A DNA stretch of 64,000 bases. Origin: Bdellovibrionales bacterium. Its GTDB lineage: Bacteria > Bdellovibrionota > Bdellovibrionia > Bdellovibrionales > JAUICD01. Numbering within the stretch: the first letter of the stretch is position 1; every line of letters begins with the position of its first letter. Position numbers and translations under genes: made by a program. Positions 41,725-51,498 of this stretch are shown here, piece after piece. Location of the stretch: contig OZ253553.1 of NCBI GenBank assembly GCA_965262715.1, forward strand, positions 32,001 to 96,000. Reading direction: 5' to 3'. Under the pieces are notes generated by a model, which was given only the letters and a program-made list of their open reading frames with translations, did no database searches and was not told where the DNA came from.

Positions 41725-44700
41725 TTATTTTGGTTTGTTACATCTTACCGTTTCACCGCCATTGAAACCTACACATTGCCATATATAAAATAGGCGACCT
41801 GATGGAAGTTCCTTTGCCGTGCCAACAGAGCAACCATTCCTTCGAGTCTGATCACAAACACCATCGATAGGTTTTGGTTTTTTGCAACGTGTAGCAGTAG
41901 CGCCGCCATTTGCACCTACACAGTGCCATGTATAATGTGTATTTGTATCTGCTATAGCACCGTCGTTTGCAGTGCCGGAAGAGCAGCCATTTCTTCGATT
42001 ATTATTACAAACACCGTTTACTGGTACAGGTTTTGCTCTGGTACAATGTAATGTATTTTTACCTCCATGCAAACCTTCACAAGTCCATAGATAAAGGGTG
42101 GAATGTGTATTATCTGGCAATGCCTTTGCAGTCCCAGCAGAGCAACCATTTCTTTGACTCGTATCACAAACGCCATCGATAGGTATCAGCTTTTGACAAT
42201 CTGTAGCAGTAGCGCCGCCATTTGCACCTACACAGTGCCATGTATAATGTGTATTTGTATCGTCTATAGCACCGTCGTTTGCAGTGCCGGAAGAGCAGCC
42301 ATTTTGTTGACTGTTATCACAAACACCGTTAACAGGTCTTGCCTTTTGACAATTTTGCGCTGTAGTGCCGCCATTTGAACCTTCACAGTGCCATGTATAA
42401 TGTGTATTTGTATCGGCTATTACGGCGTCGTTTGCTCTGCCAGCAGAGCAGCCATTTCGCTGACTGTTATTACAAACACCGTTTACTGGTGCAGGTTTTG
42501 CTTTTTGACAATTTTGTGCTGTAGTGCCGCCGTTTGCACCTACGCAGTGCCATGTATAATGTGTATTTGTATCGGCTATTACGGCGTCGTTTGCTCTGCC
42601 AGCAGAGCAGCCATTTCGCTGACTGTTATTACAAACACCGTTTACTGGTGCAGGTTTTGCTTTTTGACAATTTTGTGCTGTAGTGCCGCCATTTGCACCT
42701 ACGCAGTACCATCTATAATGTGTATTTGTATCTGCTATTGCGCTGTCGTTTGCAGTGCCGGAAGAGCAGCCATTTTGTTGGTTGTTATCACAAGCACCGT
42801 TAATAGATTTTGCCTTTTGACAATTTTGTGCTGTAGTGCCGCCGTTTGCACCTACGCAGTACCATCTATAATGTGTATTTGTATCTGCAATAGCGTTGTC
42901 ATTAGCAGTACCAGCAGAGCAGCCATTTTGTTGGTTGTTATCACAAGCACCGTTAATAGATTTTGCCTTTTGACAATTTTGTGCTGTAGTGCCGCCATTT
43001 GCACCTACGCAGTGCCATGTATAATGTGTATTTGTATCGGCTATTGCGCCATCGTTTGCAGTGCCGGAAGAACAACCATTTTGTTGACTGTTATTACAAA
43101 CGCCGTTGACTGGTGCAGGTTTCTCTTTTTGACAATTTGTAGCAGTAGTGCCGCCATTTGTACCTACACAGTGCCATGTATAATGTGTATTTGTATCTGC
43201 TATAGCTGAGTCATTTGCTGTGCCGGAAGAACAACCATTTTGTTGACTATTATTACAAACGCCATTGACAGGAGGGATAGTTTTTGTACAACTTGCTGTT
43301 GCACCACCATTTGAGCCAACACAATGCCATGTATAATGTGTATTTGTATCGGCTATAGCTGAGTCATTTGCTGTGCCCGAAGAACAACCATTTTGTTGAC
43401 TGTTATTACAAACGCCATTGACAGGAGGGATAGCTTTTGTACAACTTGCTGTTGCACCACCATTTGAGCCAACACAATGCCATGTATAATGAGTACTTGT
43501 ATCAGCTATTGCGCCGTCGTCTGGAGTCCCAGCAGTACAACCATTTCTGATGGTGTCATCGCCGCAAACACCATTTATTGGTGCTGCTGTATCAATGGCC
43601 ATACTGCAGCAACCTGTAGCATCAGTGCCATCGTTGGTACCTAAACACTGCCACTGATAATGAGTTTCTGAATCATCTATGTCATTTAAAGTACCTTGAA
43701 TACAACCATTCTTGACGGAGTTATTACATTCTCCATTTACGATTGAAGATGGATTACGTGTAACAGCTTGGCCTAATATAGAATTTTCACAGGTCTGATA
43801 ACTTAATGGGCCAGGTAAAGGTCCGGAAAAATAACAATAGCTGCCTTCTGATGGACAGTAATTATAATAAAACTGTTCAACTATATCATCTACCGAAGTT
43901 TGACTATCTATAGTGGTAGATGCTTGTATTGCTATAGTACTTTTTACACAGACTTCAGTTGAAGTGATGTCTATTACACCATCACTGCAATTTAGTACCT
44001 GCTCACTGCCACTATCAATTTGAAGTTCACATTGATTAGCATTTTGAATATTTGTATGTAATGTCCAAGTTCCACCTTCAGGTCTTAAATACTTATAAAT
44101 GTTATTACTTTCTAACATCACAGCAATTTCTTCATCATTATGTTTAATAGTTATTGGATTAAAATGAGGTTTAGAATTAGAGCTCACTTGCAAAACTTGT
44201 TTTCGATAGGTGAGGCAATCAGAATTGTCAGGATCTTCTGCAGACACCTCAATAGTAACAGAACCAGTAGATTCATCGGTAAAGTCTAATTCAATACTTT
44301 CACTATCATCTTCGTTTGTCTCCTCAGTTGAAGAAGGTAATGTGACTTTCCATATAATGTTCGAAAAATCTGTAGCATTCTTTAATTCAAAAGTGGCAGT
44401 CTGTCCAACAGTCAAAGAACCGCTTTCAAGAAATATCTCTAAGACATCTGTTAATGAACATTCCTCACCAATCACAAGTTTTTTACTGGCCACAGTTAAC
44501 AAATCGGAGTTTTTATAAGATGTAGCAAAAATATCATAACTTCCAGATTTTTTAAATTGATATTGATATTCTGGTTCAGTTGTTGTCTCTTCTCCATCAG
44601 TAACAATTTCAAAGGCTCTAGTGATTTTCCATTTAAAATCTTCAGAATCAGAATGACTATTCATAACCTTTAGTTTCACATCACTATCAATTAGGAAATA

Positions 44701-44949
44701 ATCTTCTATCGAGATGCTTTCATCTTCTGATGGTAAATAAGCAATAATATAACCTTTATCATTAGATACCGTTTGTTCAGAAAACAAGTTAGGAGCTTGA
44801 CTTACATTTGAACCGCAGTTTTGAAAAGCTAATAACAATAAAAGTGAAGCCAATAGAAGTAGATAAAAGGCATTATTAAAACTTAACAAAAAATGCTTTT
44901 TTATGTTTCGTTTTTTTATAACCCTAAAGAATTTCATTATTCTTGTCAT
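41725..44949 (-). CDS. Cys-rich repeat lipoprotein, copy 3 (13 repeats)
   Basis: Same N-terminal half with a few substitutions; unique end ..TAKELPSGRLFYIWQC..RCNKPK. Confidence 0.88.
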   Translation of the reverse strand: MTRIMKFFRVIKKRNIKKHFLLSFNNAFYLLLLASLLLLLAFQNCGSNVSQAPNLFSEQTVSNDKGYIIAYLPSEDESISIEDYFLIDSDVKLKVMNSHSDSEDFKWKITRAFEIVTDGEETTTEPEYQYQFKKSGSYDIFATSYKNSDLLTVASKKLVIGEECSLTDVLEIFLESGSLTVGQTATFELKNATDFSNIIWKVTLPSSTEETNEDDSESIELDFTDESTGSVTIEVSAEDPDNSDCLTYRKQVLQVSSNSKPHFNPITIKHNDEEIAVMLESNNIYKYLRPEGGTWTLHTNIQNANQCELQIDSGSEQVLNCSDGVIDITSTEVCVKSTIAIQASTTIDSQTSVDDIVEQFYYNYCPSEGSYCYFSGPLPGPLSYQTCENSILGQAVTRNPSSIVNGECNNSVKNGCIQGTLNDIDDSETHYQWQCLGTNDGTDATGCCSMAIDTAAPINGVCGDDTIRNGCTAGTPDDGAIADTSTHYTWHCVGSNGGATASCTKAIPPVNGVCNNSQQNGCSSGTANDSAIADTNTHYTWHCVGSNGGATASCTKTIPPVNGVCNNSQQNGCSSGTANDSAIADTNTHYTWHCVGTNGGTTATNCQKEKPAPVNGVCNNSQQNGCSSGTANDGAIADTNTHYTWHCVGANGGTTAQNCQKAKSINGACDNNQQNGCSAGTANDNAIADTNTHYRWYCVGANGGTTAQNCQKAKSINGACDNNQQNGCSSGTANDSAIADTNTHYRWYCVGANGGTTAQNCQKAKPAPVNGVCNNSQRNGCSAGRANDAVIADTNTHYTWHCVGANGGTTAQNCQKAKPAPVNGVCNNSQRNGCSAGRANDAVIADTNTHYTWHCEGSNGGTTAQNCQKARPVNGVCDNSQQNGCSSGTANDGAIDDTNTHYTWHCVGANGGATATDCQKLIPIDGVCDTSQRNGCSAGTAKALPDNTHSTLYLWTCEGLHGGKNTLHCTRAKPVPVNGVCNNNRRNGCSSGTANDGAIADTNTHYTWHCVGANGGATATRCKKPKPIDGVCDQTRRNGCSVGTAKELPSGRLFYIWQCVGFNGGETVRCNKPK

Positions 44950-45351
44950 TGCTCTATACTTTCATCATCGTTGTATTACGAACCTTCTTTTATGTGCTAT
45001 GTGGTGCTAGTTGTCTAAAAACTTGAAAGGTAAAATGAATAAAAATATCAAAAATGTAAATCTTTAAAACCAAGCCAAAAGACTGGGTTTTTAGCCTGCC
45101 TAGACTGTAACTTACGTACATAAGTTACAGTATTAAGTTATTGAAATAACTACCGATACAGGTATTGAAGGGCTTTAATTGCTAATAGTCTTTGGTGTAG
45201 AAAACGACCAAAAACATCAATGATTTTAAGGGGACAGGACTGTAACTTATGTACGTAAGTTACACTATCAAGTTATTGATTTCATTGAGTTATTCGAAGT
45301 TTCTATCTTTTTTCGATATGGCATTAAGGTCATGAAAAAGTCCAGGACCGT

Positions 45352-45930
45352 TGCAAATTGATACAATATGTGCTTCTATGTGCCTTTTTTAAAAATAACT
45401 CCTTATATTTCCATTTTAGTGAGTTTTAAAGATTTCCTTAACATGATGTAAGAGAATGAAGGGAGTCTCCTTACTAAAGAATAAACATGCTTTTGAGGTA
45501 GTCAGTTTTTTATTGAAGGTGTGAACCTTCAAGCTGACTACCCAAAAGTGGTCAGAGACCAGTTTATTTTTAGTGAAACAATTGCAAATTGATACAATAT
45601 GTGCTTCTATGTGCCTTTCTTAAAAAAAACTTCTTATATTTCCATTTTAGTGAGTTTTAAAGATTTCCTTAACATGATGTAAGAGAATGAAGGGAGTCTC
45701 CTTACTAAAAATAAACAAGTTTTTGAGGCAATCAGCATTTTGCTGACAGGGATACATCCCGTAGTGTTAACTGTCACGCTGATTGCCCAAAAATAGCCAG
45801 AGGCTAGTTCATTTTTAGTGAAACAATTGCAAATTGATACAATATGTGCTTCTATATGCCTTTTTTGAAAATAACTCCTTATATTTCCATTTTAGTAAGA
45901 AAAAACACAAGAAAAAGATTTCCCTATTAC
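45352..45930 (+). repeat. Structured tandem array C: 231-bp unit, 245-bp variant unit, partial unit
   Basis: Unit starts at 45352, 45583, 45828. Confidence 0.9.
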
Positions 45931-46259
45931 CATTTGCGTTCAATTCTTCCATTTGAAAACTGTAACTAAAGCTTATGGGTTTAGATAACTTGAAATTTGC
46001 CAAATACCCAAATGTTGTTTTCTTTAATCTTTAACTCTAAACAGTCTTGTTGCACAAAGATTTAGGGAATATGTCTATACAAGTTAGAGAATTATGTCAG
46101 GCATCTTCCATAGGCCTTAGGCAACTCCCGTGCCTTTTATTGCTAGTATTTTGAGATTTTATTATAGAATAAAATCCTTTAAGAGATATTTATTCCCTAA
46201 GGCACTGGCCTAGTCCTATTTCAGAAACCTGCCATAATTCTCCTAGATGTTTATGTAAT

Positions 46260-46512
46260 AAACTTTTTTATTGGTTTAATATATCTATTATTTTTTAACT
46301 TCTTTAGAAGGCTTTCTTCTGCAAGTTGATAAATATCAAGCAGGAAACTAAGTCTTCTAAAAATAACTCCCATATTAACTTTAAATGCATATTTAGCTAG
46401 TTTGTTTATGTTAATTTTACTTCTCCCTATCCATAACCCTTTTGCAACCTCAGTGATCCCTCCACAATATTGAGGGAGCTTAAGACCATCGATAATTGTC
46501 TTTTCAATATCA
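46260..46512 (-). pseudogene. Decayed abiEi fragment
   Basis: Homologous to ~10855-11093 (DIEKTIIDGLKLPQYCGGITEVAKGLW). Confidence 0.75.
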
Positions 46513-46625
46513 CTTACAAATATTATTTCAGACGTTTCAATCCAGTGTTTTTCAACCCCAAAATAATGTGGCCATTATTACTAGATTTTGTCATTCCTAT
46601 TGCTATACAAAGTTTTAGTAAGTTT

Positions 46626-46790
46626 ATGGAAGATAATTCAGATGAATATCTACGAGAATATATAGAAGATCTTGAATATAGAATTCAAACACTTGAGAAA
46701 AAAGTTAGAGCATTACAGATATGTTTTTTGATAGCAGGCCTATTAATAGGTATAGGATATATTGTTTTTTCAAGCCTACATTTCTTTTAG
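46626..46790 (+). CDS. Small coiled-coil protein with one C-terminal TM helix
   Basis: MEDNSDEYLREYIEDLEYRIQTLEKKV followed by a hydrophobic tail; the longer 46470 start overlaps the abiEi remnant. Confidence 0.4.
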   Translation: MEDNSDEYLREYIEDLEYRIQTLEKKVRALQICFLIAGLLIGIGYIVFSSLHFF

Positions 46791-47193
46791 TCCTTTTAAG
46801 AAAGAAAGAAGGTAACTTAGATAAAGCGAGTTTTTAAGGCTTATTGTAAAAAAGGTCATTTAACCATAAGATACGACAAGAAGTTTTCAAAAACATTATA
46901 CTGCCTTTTTTATTTTTTTAGCAGTTGTACCCTTTTGCGCTCACAAACTTTTCAATTTAAGCCTAAAGATATGAAGTATAACTTGGTGATAGGCTCATTT
47001 TGACACAAAGAGACACAGCAAGTAACCTTTCTGTAAAATTGGTAAGCTGCATTTAAATCTAGAGTTAATATTTTGCCTAAAAAGAACCAGTTCTTATTTT
47101 TTAAACAATCTTTATTATTTTGCAGATTAACTTGACAGTTTGAAATAATCCATATTAAAAGGTATAAATTTCTTTTCTCCTTGTATTATATGC

Positions 47194-48520
47194 TGTAACT
47201 TCAAATCGCAAGTGCAACACTTTTGCGGTTATAGATATTTTTAAAAGTTATATCATTTTAAGATTAATATTCCAACAAAGTTTTAATTATAGTGAAAGAT
47301 TACAGTAAATTATTTTATTTGAAGAGATATACTTTGATGTTTATAGTAAAGGCAAGTAGTCCTCGAGCTAAAGCTCTGCGGAAAAACTTGCCTTTACTAT
47401 AAACATCAATTTTTACTTACAAAAAGCTGTTATATAGGATAAGTAATTTTGAATTGATAATGATTTCAACAAATCATCTTCTGTCTATGAAACTCATTGG
47501 GAGTTAGAAAACCTAAACTCTTTCGAGGGCGGTGATTTAAAAGAAACTCAACCTTTTTTACATCCTTAGAGGTGATTTCTCTAAAGTCTGTCTTCTTTGG
47601 AAAATACTGACGGATTAAACCATTCGTGTTCTCATTTAAACCCCTCTGATATGAACTGTAAGGATGTGCAAAATAAACTTTACATCCGGTATATTCACTG
47701 ATCTTCTCATGACACGAAAACTCTTTACCATTATCCAAAGTCATTGTATGAACAACCTCTCTTTTAAGAGTTTTAGAAATAGCATGAAATACTGCCTCAG
47801 AACTCTTAGATTCTATTTTGACAATCCTCGTCTTCTTAGAACATCTATCTACCAGTGTGACTAAAGCTCCTTTATGATGTCTACCTATCATTAAATCACC
47901 TTCCCAGTCTCCTATGCGAATCCTCTTATCTACTATCTTAGGTCTTTTATCAATACTCACTCTATTCTGTATCTGACCCCTTTTATCAAACCTACTTGTA
48001 CCATATCGCTTCTTGCGTTTCTTCTGACATCTTAAAAATTTGTAGAGATCACCTCCTGATTTCTTATCTCGCAGAATATGTTGATAAATACTCTCATGAC
48101 TTATAGAAAAACCTTTTGTTTTAAGAAAACCGGATATTTGTTCCGGACTCCAACGTTCACAAAGAAACCTCTCAAGCTTATTAATGACTTTTTGTGTTAT
48201 CTTTATATGTCTATGAGAGTCTTGAAGACGATCGACTGCTTTTTCATGGGCTTGTTGAGCACGATAACCTCGCAAACCTTTGTTACGACTCAGCTCCCTA
48301 TATATCGTGCTTTTATCTCGACCTAGCTGCGTAGCAATTGAACTTATTGATTTTCCACTTTGCAAAAGTGCTAAAATCTGGTATCTGTCACTTTGGGTTA
48401 GATGAGTGTATTTACTCATGGAATACTCCTCTCGTTATGTAAAGGTATTGATTAGAGTATTCCTCTAACCCCCTTTAAACAACTAGGCAAGGAGTGTTGC
48501 ACTTACGACTTGAATCCACC
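47194..48520 (-). mobile_element. IS30-family insertion sequence, complete, diverged isoform of 11094-12432
   Basis: IRs TGTAACTTCAAATCGCAAGTGCAAC / GTTGCACTTACGACTTGAATCCACC; 3-bp target duplication TGC at 47191-47193 and 48521-48523. Confidence 0.93.
47466..48419 (-). CDS. IS30 family transposase
   Basis: Near-identical protein to 11193..12146. Confidence 0.96.
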   Translation of the reverse strand: MSKYTHLTQSDRYQILALLQSGKSISSIATQLGRDKSTIYRELSRNKGLRGYRAQQAHEKAVDRLQDSHRHIKITQKVINKLERFLCERWSPEQISGFLKTKGFSISHESIYQHILRDKKSGGDLYKFLRCQKKRKKRYGTSRFDKRGQIQNRVSIDKRPKIVDKRIRIGDWEGDLMIGRHHKGALVTLVDRCSKKTRIVKIESKSSEAVFHAISKTLKREVVHTMTLDNGKEFSCHEKISEYTGCKVYFAHPYSSYQRGLNENTNGLIRQYFPKKTDFREITSKDVKKVEFLLNHRPRKSLGFLTPNEFHRQKMIC

Positions 48521-48621
48521 TGCTTTATTATGATACTCATTTACTACTTAGTTAATTTAGTTAATAATGGGCTATCATTTAATTTATACCGATAATAAAC
48601 ATAGGGGAACTTGAGACTTAT

Positions 48622-49311
48622 ATGAAAAAAATAAAATTGGAAAAAACTTCAATAGTTTTATTAACACAAGGTTACGTATCACCTGTAACTCATGATTTTT
48701 TAATTACTCAAAAGATAATTCCTAGTCAAGATTCAGGGTTTCAACTAATTCCAAATATTTCTTTTTTTGCTCCTCCTATAAGTCAGATGATTTTTCAAAA
48801 TGGACTTAGCATCATTAATGATCCAGAAAAAATAATATTCCAAGTATCAAAAGGTTCTGTTACAGAAAATGAACAAGAACATTGCTTAAGTTTATTACAG
48901 GATATATCTTCAAAATATGTTGAGTCTGAACCTTTTAAAAGTGCAAGATATCTAGCTATAGGAATTAATCTTCATTTTATAAGAGATGATTTAATCTTTA
49001 ACCCTTTTATTGAAAAGTCTATAACATCAGATAGTCCATGTTGGTTTTTTGAATCTCAAGGTAGTAAAGGTAAAGTCAATGATATCAAATTCTCTTACTT
49101 TTATGATAACAAGCAAGTCAATGTAACTATTAGCAAGCTCCCTTTCGTTACTCATCCTCAAAATAAAAGTAATGATCAAAATTCTGTTTCACGCTTTGAT
49201 GTAAATGTACATTATAATCAACCCAATAATCATACTAATATAAATAAAATCATCAAAGAAATTAGAGAAGACTACCAAAAATCAAAACACTTCATAGGAG
49301 GTCTTAAATGA
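48622..49311 (+). CDS. Hypothetical protein, possibly TIGR04255/SecB-like fold
   Basis: SIVL..G...P......L, AIGIN and FDVNVH motifs; first gene of an overlapping 3-gene operon. Confidence 0.45.
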   Translation: MKKIKLEKTSIVLLTQGYVSPVTHDFLITQKIIPSQDSGFQLIPNISFFAPPISQMIFQNGLSIINDPEKIIFQVSKGSVTENEQEHCLSLLQDISSKYVESEPFKSARYLAIGINLHFIRDDLIFNPFIEKSITSDSPCWFFESQGSKGKVNDIKFSYFYDNKQVNVTISKLPFVTHPQNKSNDQNSVSRFDVNVHYNQPNNHTNINKIIKEIREDYQKSKHFIGGLK

Positions 49312-50012
49312 AATCTACTTTTAATGAGAATTTATTTCATTTGTTTCACAGGCAAAACTCTTTCACTGAAACCCCATCCTTAATCAATGACCAAGTAACA
49401 AACGATATTAGTAAAACAACTGCACCTTTTCCAACTCCTTATAAAACACTGATTTCCATTTTGTCAACAGGGCCTTATAAAACTCTTTTAGATAAAGAAA
49501 ATAAACTTACTTCCTTTATTGATAGTAATTTGTCTAGATACTTTTTGGATAAGAAAAAATTCGACAATCTTTATAAAGACTTAGATAACTTACATAAAGA
49601 ATGTGAAGAAGAAGGGTATGAAGTATTTAATGAAATAGCAAGAGCAAATGCTAAGAAAGTTTTAGACTTTTTATTTAAAGAAATCCCTGCTTTTGATTAT
49701 TATATTTATTCTACAGCGGATCGTGAAATTGCCATTGATTACACTCAAGATGAAGGTTCAGGAAAAGGACTATTGATACTGTGTGCTTCTGATGGAACAA
49801 TAACTTACTTTAAAACCTACAATGGGACAAATACTAGTACCTGTCTTAAAAGTATTGATAACATCATTAATTTTTGTGAAAAATTAAAAGAAGCTTTCAA
49901 ACAATTTGAAATTAAAAACCCTTATATTACTACTGACTTCGAAGAAGACAAGAAGGGTATTAAAAGCGTTTGGATTAATCTTAATAATCTCATAAGTCAA
50001 AGTAAAATTTGA
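49308..50012 (+). CDS. Hypothetical protein, middle gene of operon
   Basis: 234-aa ORF with 4-bp overlaps to both neighbours. Confidence 0.65.
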   Translation: MKSTFNENLFHLFHRQNSFTETPSLINDQVTNDISKTTAPFPTPYKTLISILSTGPYKTLLDKENKLTSFIDSNLSRYFLDKKKFDNLYKDLDNLHKECEEEGYEVFNEIARANAKKVLDFLFKEIPAFDYYIYSTADREIAIDYTQDEGSGKGLLILCASDGTITYFKTYNGTNTSTCLKSIDNIINFCEKLKEAFKQFEIKNPYITTDFEEDKKGIKSVWINLNNLISQSKI

Positions 50013-50461
50013 TAATGAGACTTTGCATGCCTACTGAATATATTGAGAATGATGAGCTACTTGGTAGGGGAGTTTTTTCAGAAAGACGTGCTAAATTAGC
50101 TGAGAAAGGAAAACTGACATTTGATAGATTTAAAGAAAAGCACCCATCTATTCCTATTTCAGTAGATCGCTTTGGTTTTTGCTCAGATAAAGATTTGACC
50201 AACATTCAAGACAAAGCAGCAAAATTAAGAAAAGGAAATAACGGAAAAACACAATTTTTTTATGGATGGTTTCAAATGAAAGCAGAAAACATTCGAAAAA
50301 AGGGTAGAGAAGTTAAACCTGACAAAACTGAAGACAATCCTTACCATGCTGAAATCTCTTTACCTGAAAATATAAAAAATAATGAATGGATAAAACACGC
50401 AAAAGAGCTTGCATCCTATTCTAAATGGCGTTCTAGAAAAAATAATATTGAAAATACATGA
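50009..50461 (+). CDS. Hypothetical protein with ADP-ribosyltransferase/RES-like motif pattern
   Basis: ELLGR...F...ISVDR...NPYHAEI (R..S..H spacing). Confidence 0.5.
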   Translation: MIMRLCMPTEYIENDELLGRGVFSERRAKLAEKGKLTFDRFKEKHPSIPISVDRFGFCSDKDLTNIQDKAAKLRKGNNGKTQFFYGWFQMKAENIRKKGREVKPDKTEDNPYHAEISLPENIKNNEWIKHAKELASYSKWRSRKNNIENT

Positions 50462-51498
50462 TATATATAATAATGTACCTTAAAAAACCTTTGTCAAATT
50501 AATAAGTTTTAACCTAAAACTCAATATTTTCTAAATATCATTTTAATTGAACTATTGTTAATAGTACATAGACAATAAAACTTAAAGGAAATAAAAATCT
50601 ATATGAAAGAAAAAAGATTTGATAAATCTTATAAAACTTTAGAGCATTTACATAAAAAAGACACGAAATATTTGACAAAATAGCAAGACAAATGTCAATC
50701 ATAAATAATCTAAGAGCAATCAAATAATTATTGATTCCTTCTAGTATCACAAGTATAATTTAAAAAAGGTTATCTTATTTTAAAAAACCAATATTAAGGT
50801 TCAAGTTTGTATAAATAGTTCTATGTTCATAAGTATCTTAGACCTTATATCCGACAACATAAGAAACAAAAATATTATAGACTCATATATAGCATAGGTG
50901 TCTATATCCTAAATCATCAGAAAGGTAGCTTTGTACTAGTCAGTTTTCTAGAAAGTTGTTCTGATGATGAAAATCCTTTTTTGATCCTCTCAGTGGTTAT
51001 CTTCTCAACATCAAATAAAAACTCTTTGGCAAAATAACCCGACTCTAATAGTAATGATATATTTATAATCAATTTAATGAGTGTCTCCACTTTTCCTCCT
51101 TTTGCAAAAATTATAGTTTATAAATATCCTTTATGATTTTGTACCTTCTTAAAGCTCTTAAAATAGAGCTTTTTGAACATAAAAATTGAGTTAGCTTTTC
51201 AATATCACGAGTGGAAAGCTTGAGATCAACATAAAGTTTTAAGTAAAATTTTAGGATTTATTTCTGGAGTGTTAAGAAGATGTGTAATAAATAAAGATAC
51301 ATAACTAGAACTATCGGAGGAAATGCCTATAAACAAGGCTATTGCAATATAAGTTTTAGTTTTCGACAACCTGTAGCCGTAGTGCCGCCATTTGAACCTA
51401 CACAATGCCATCTGTAATGTGTATTTGTATCGGCATAGCTGCATCATTTGCTCTGCCAGCAGAGCAACCGTTTTGTTGACTCTCATCACAAACACCGT

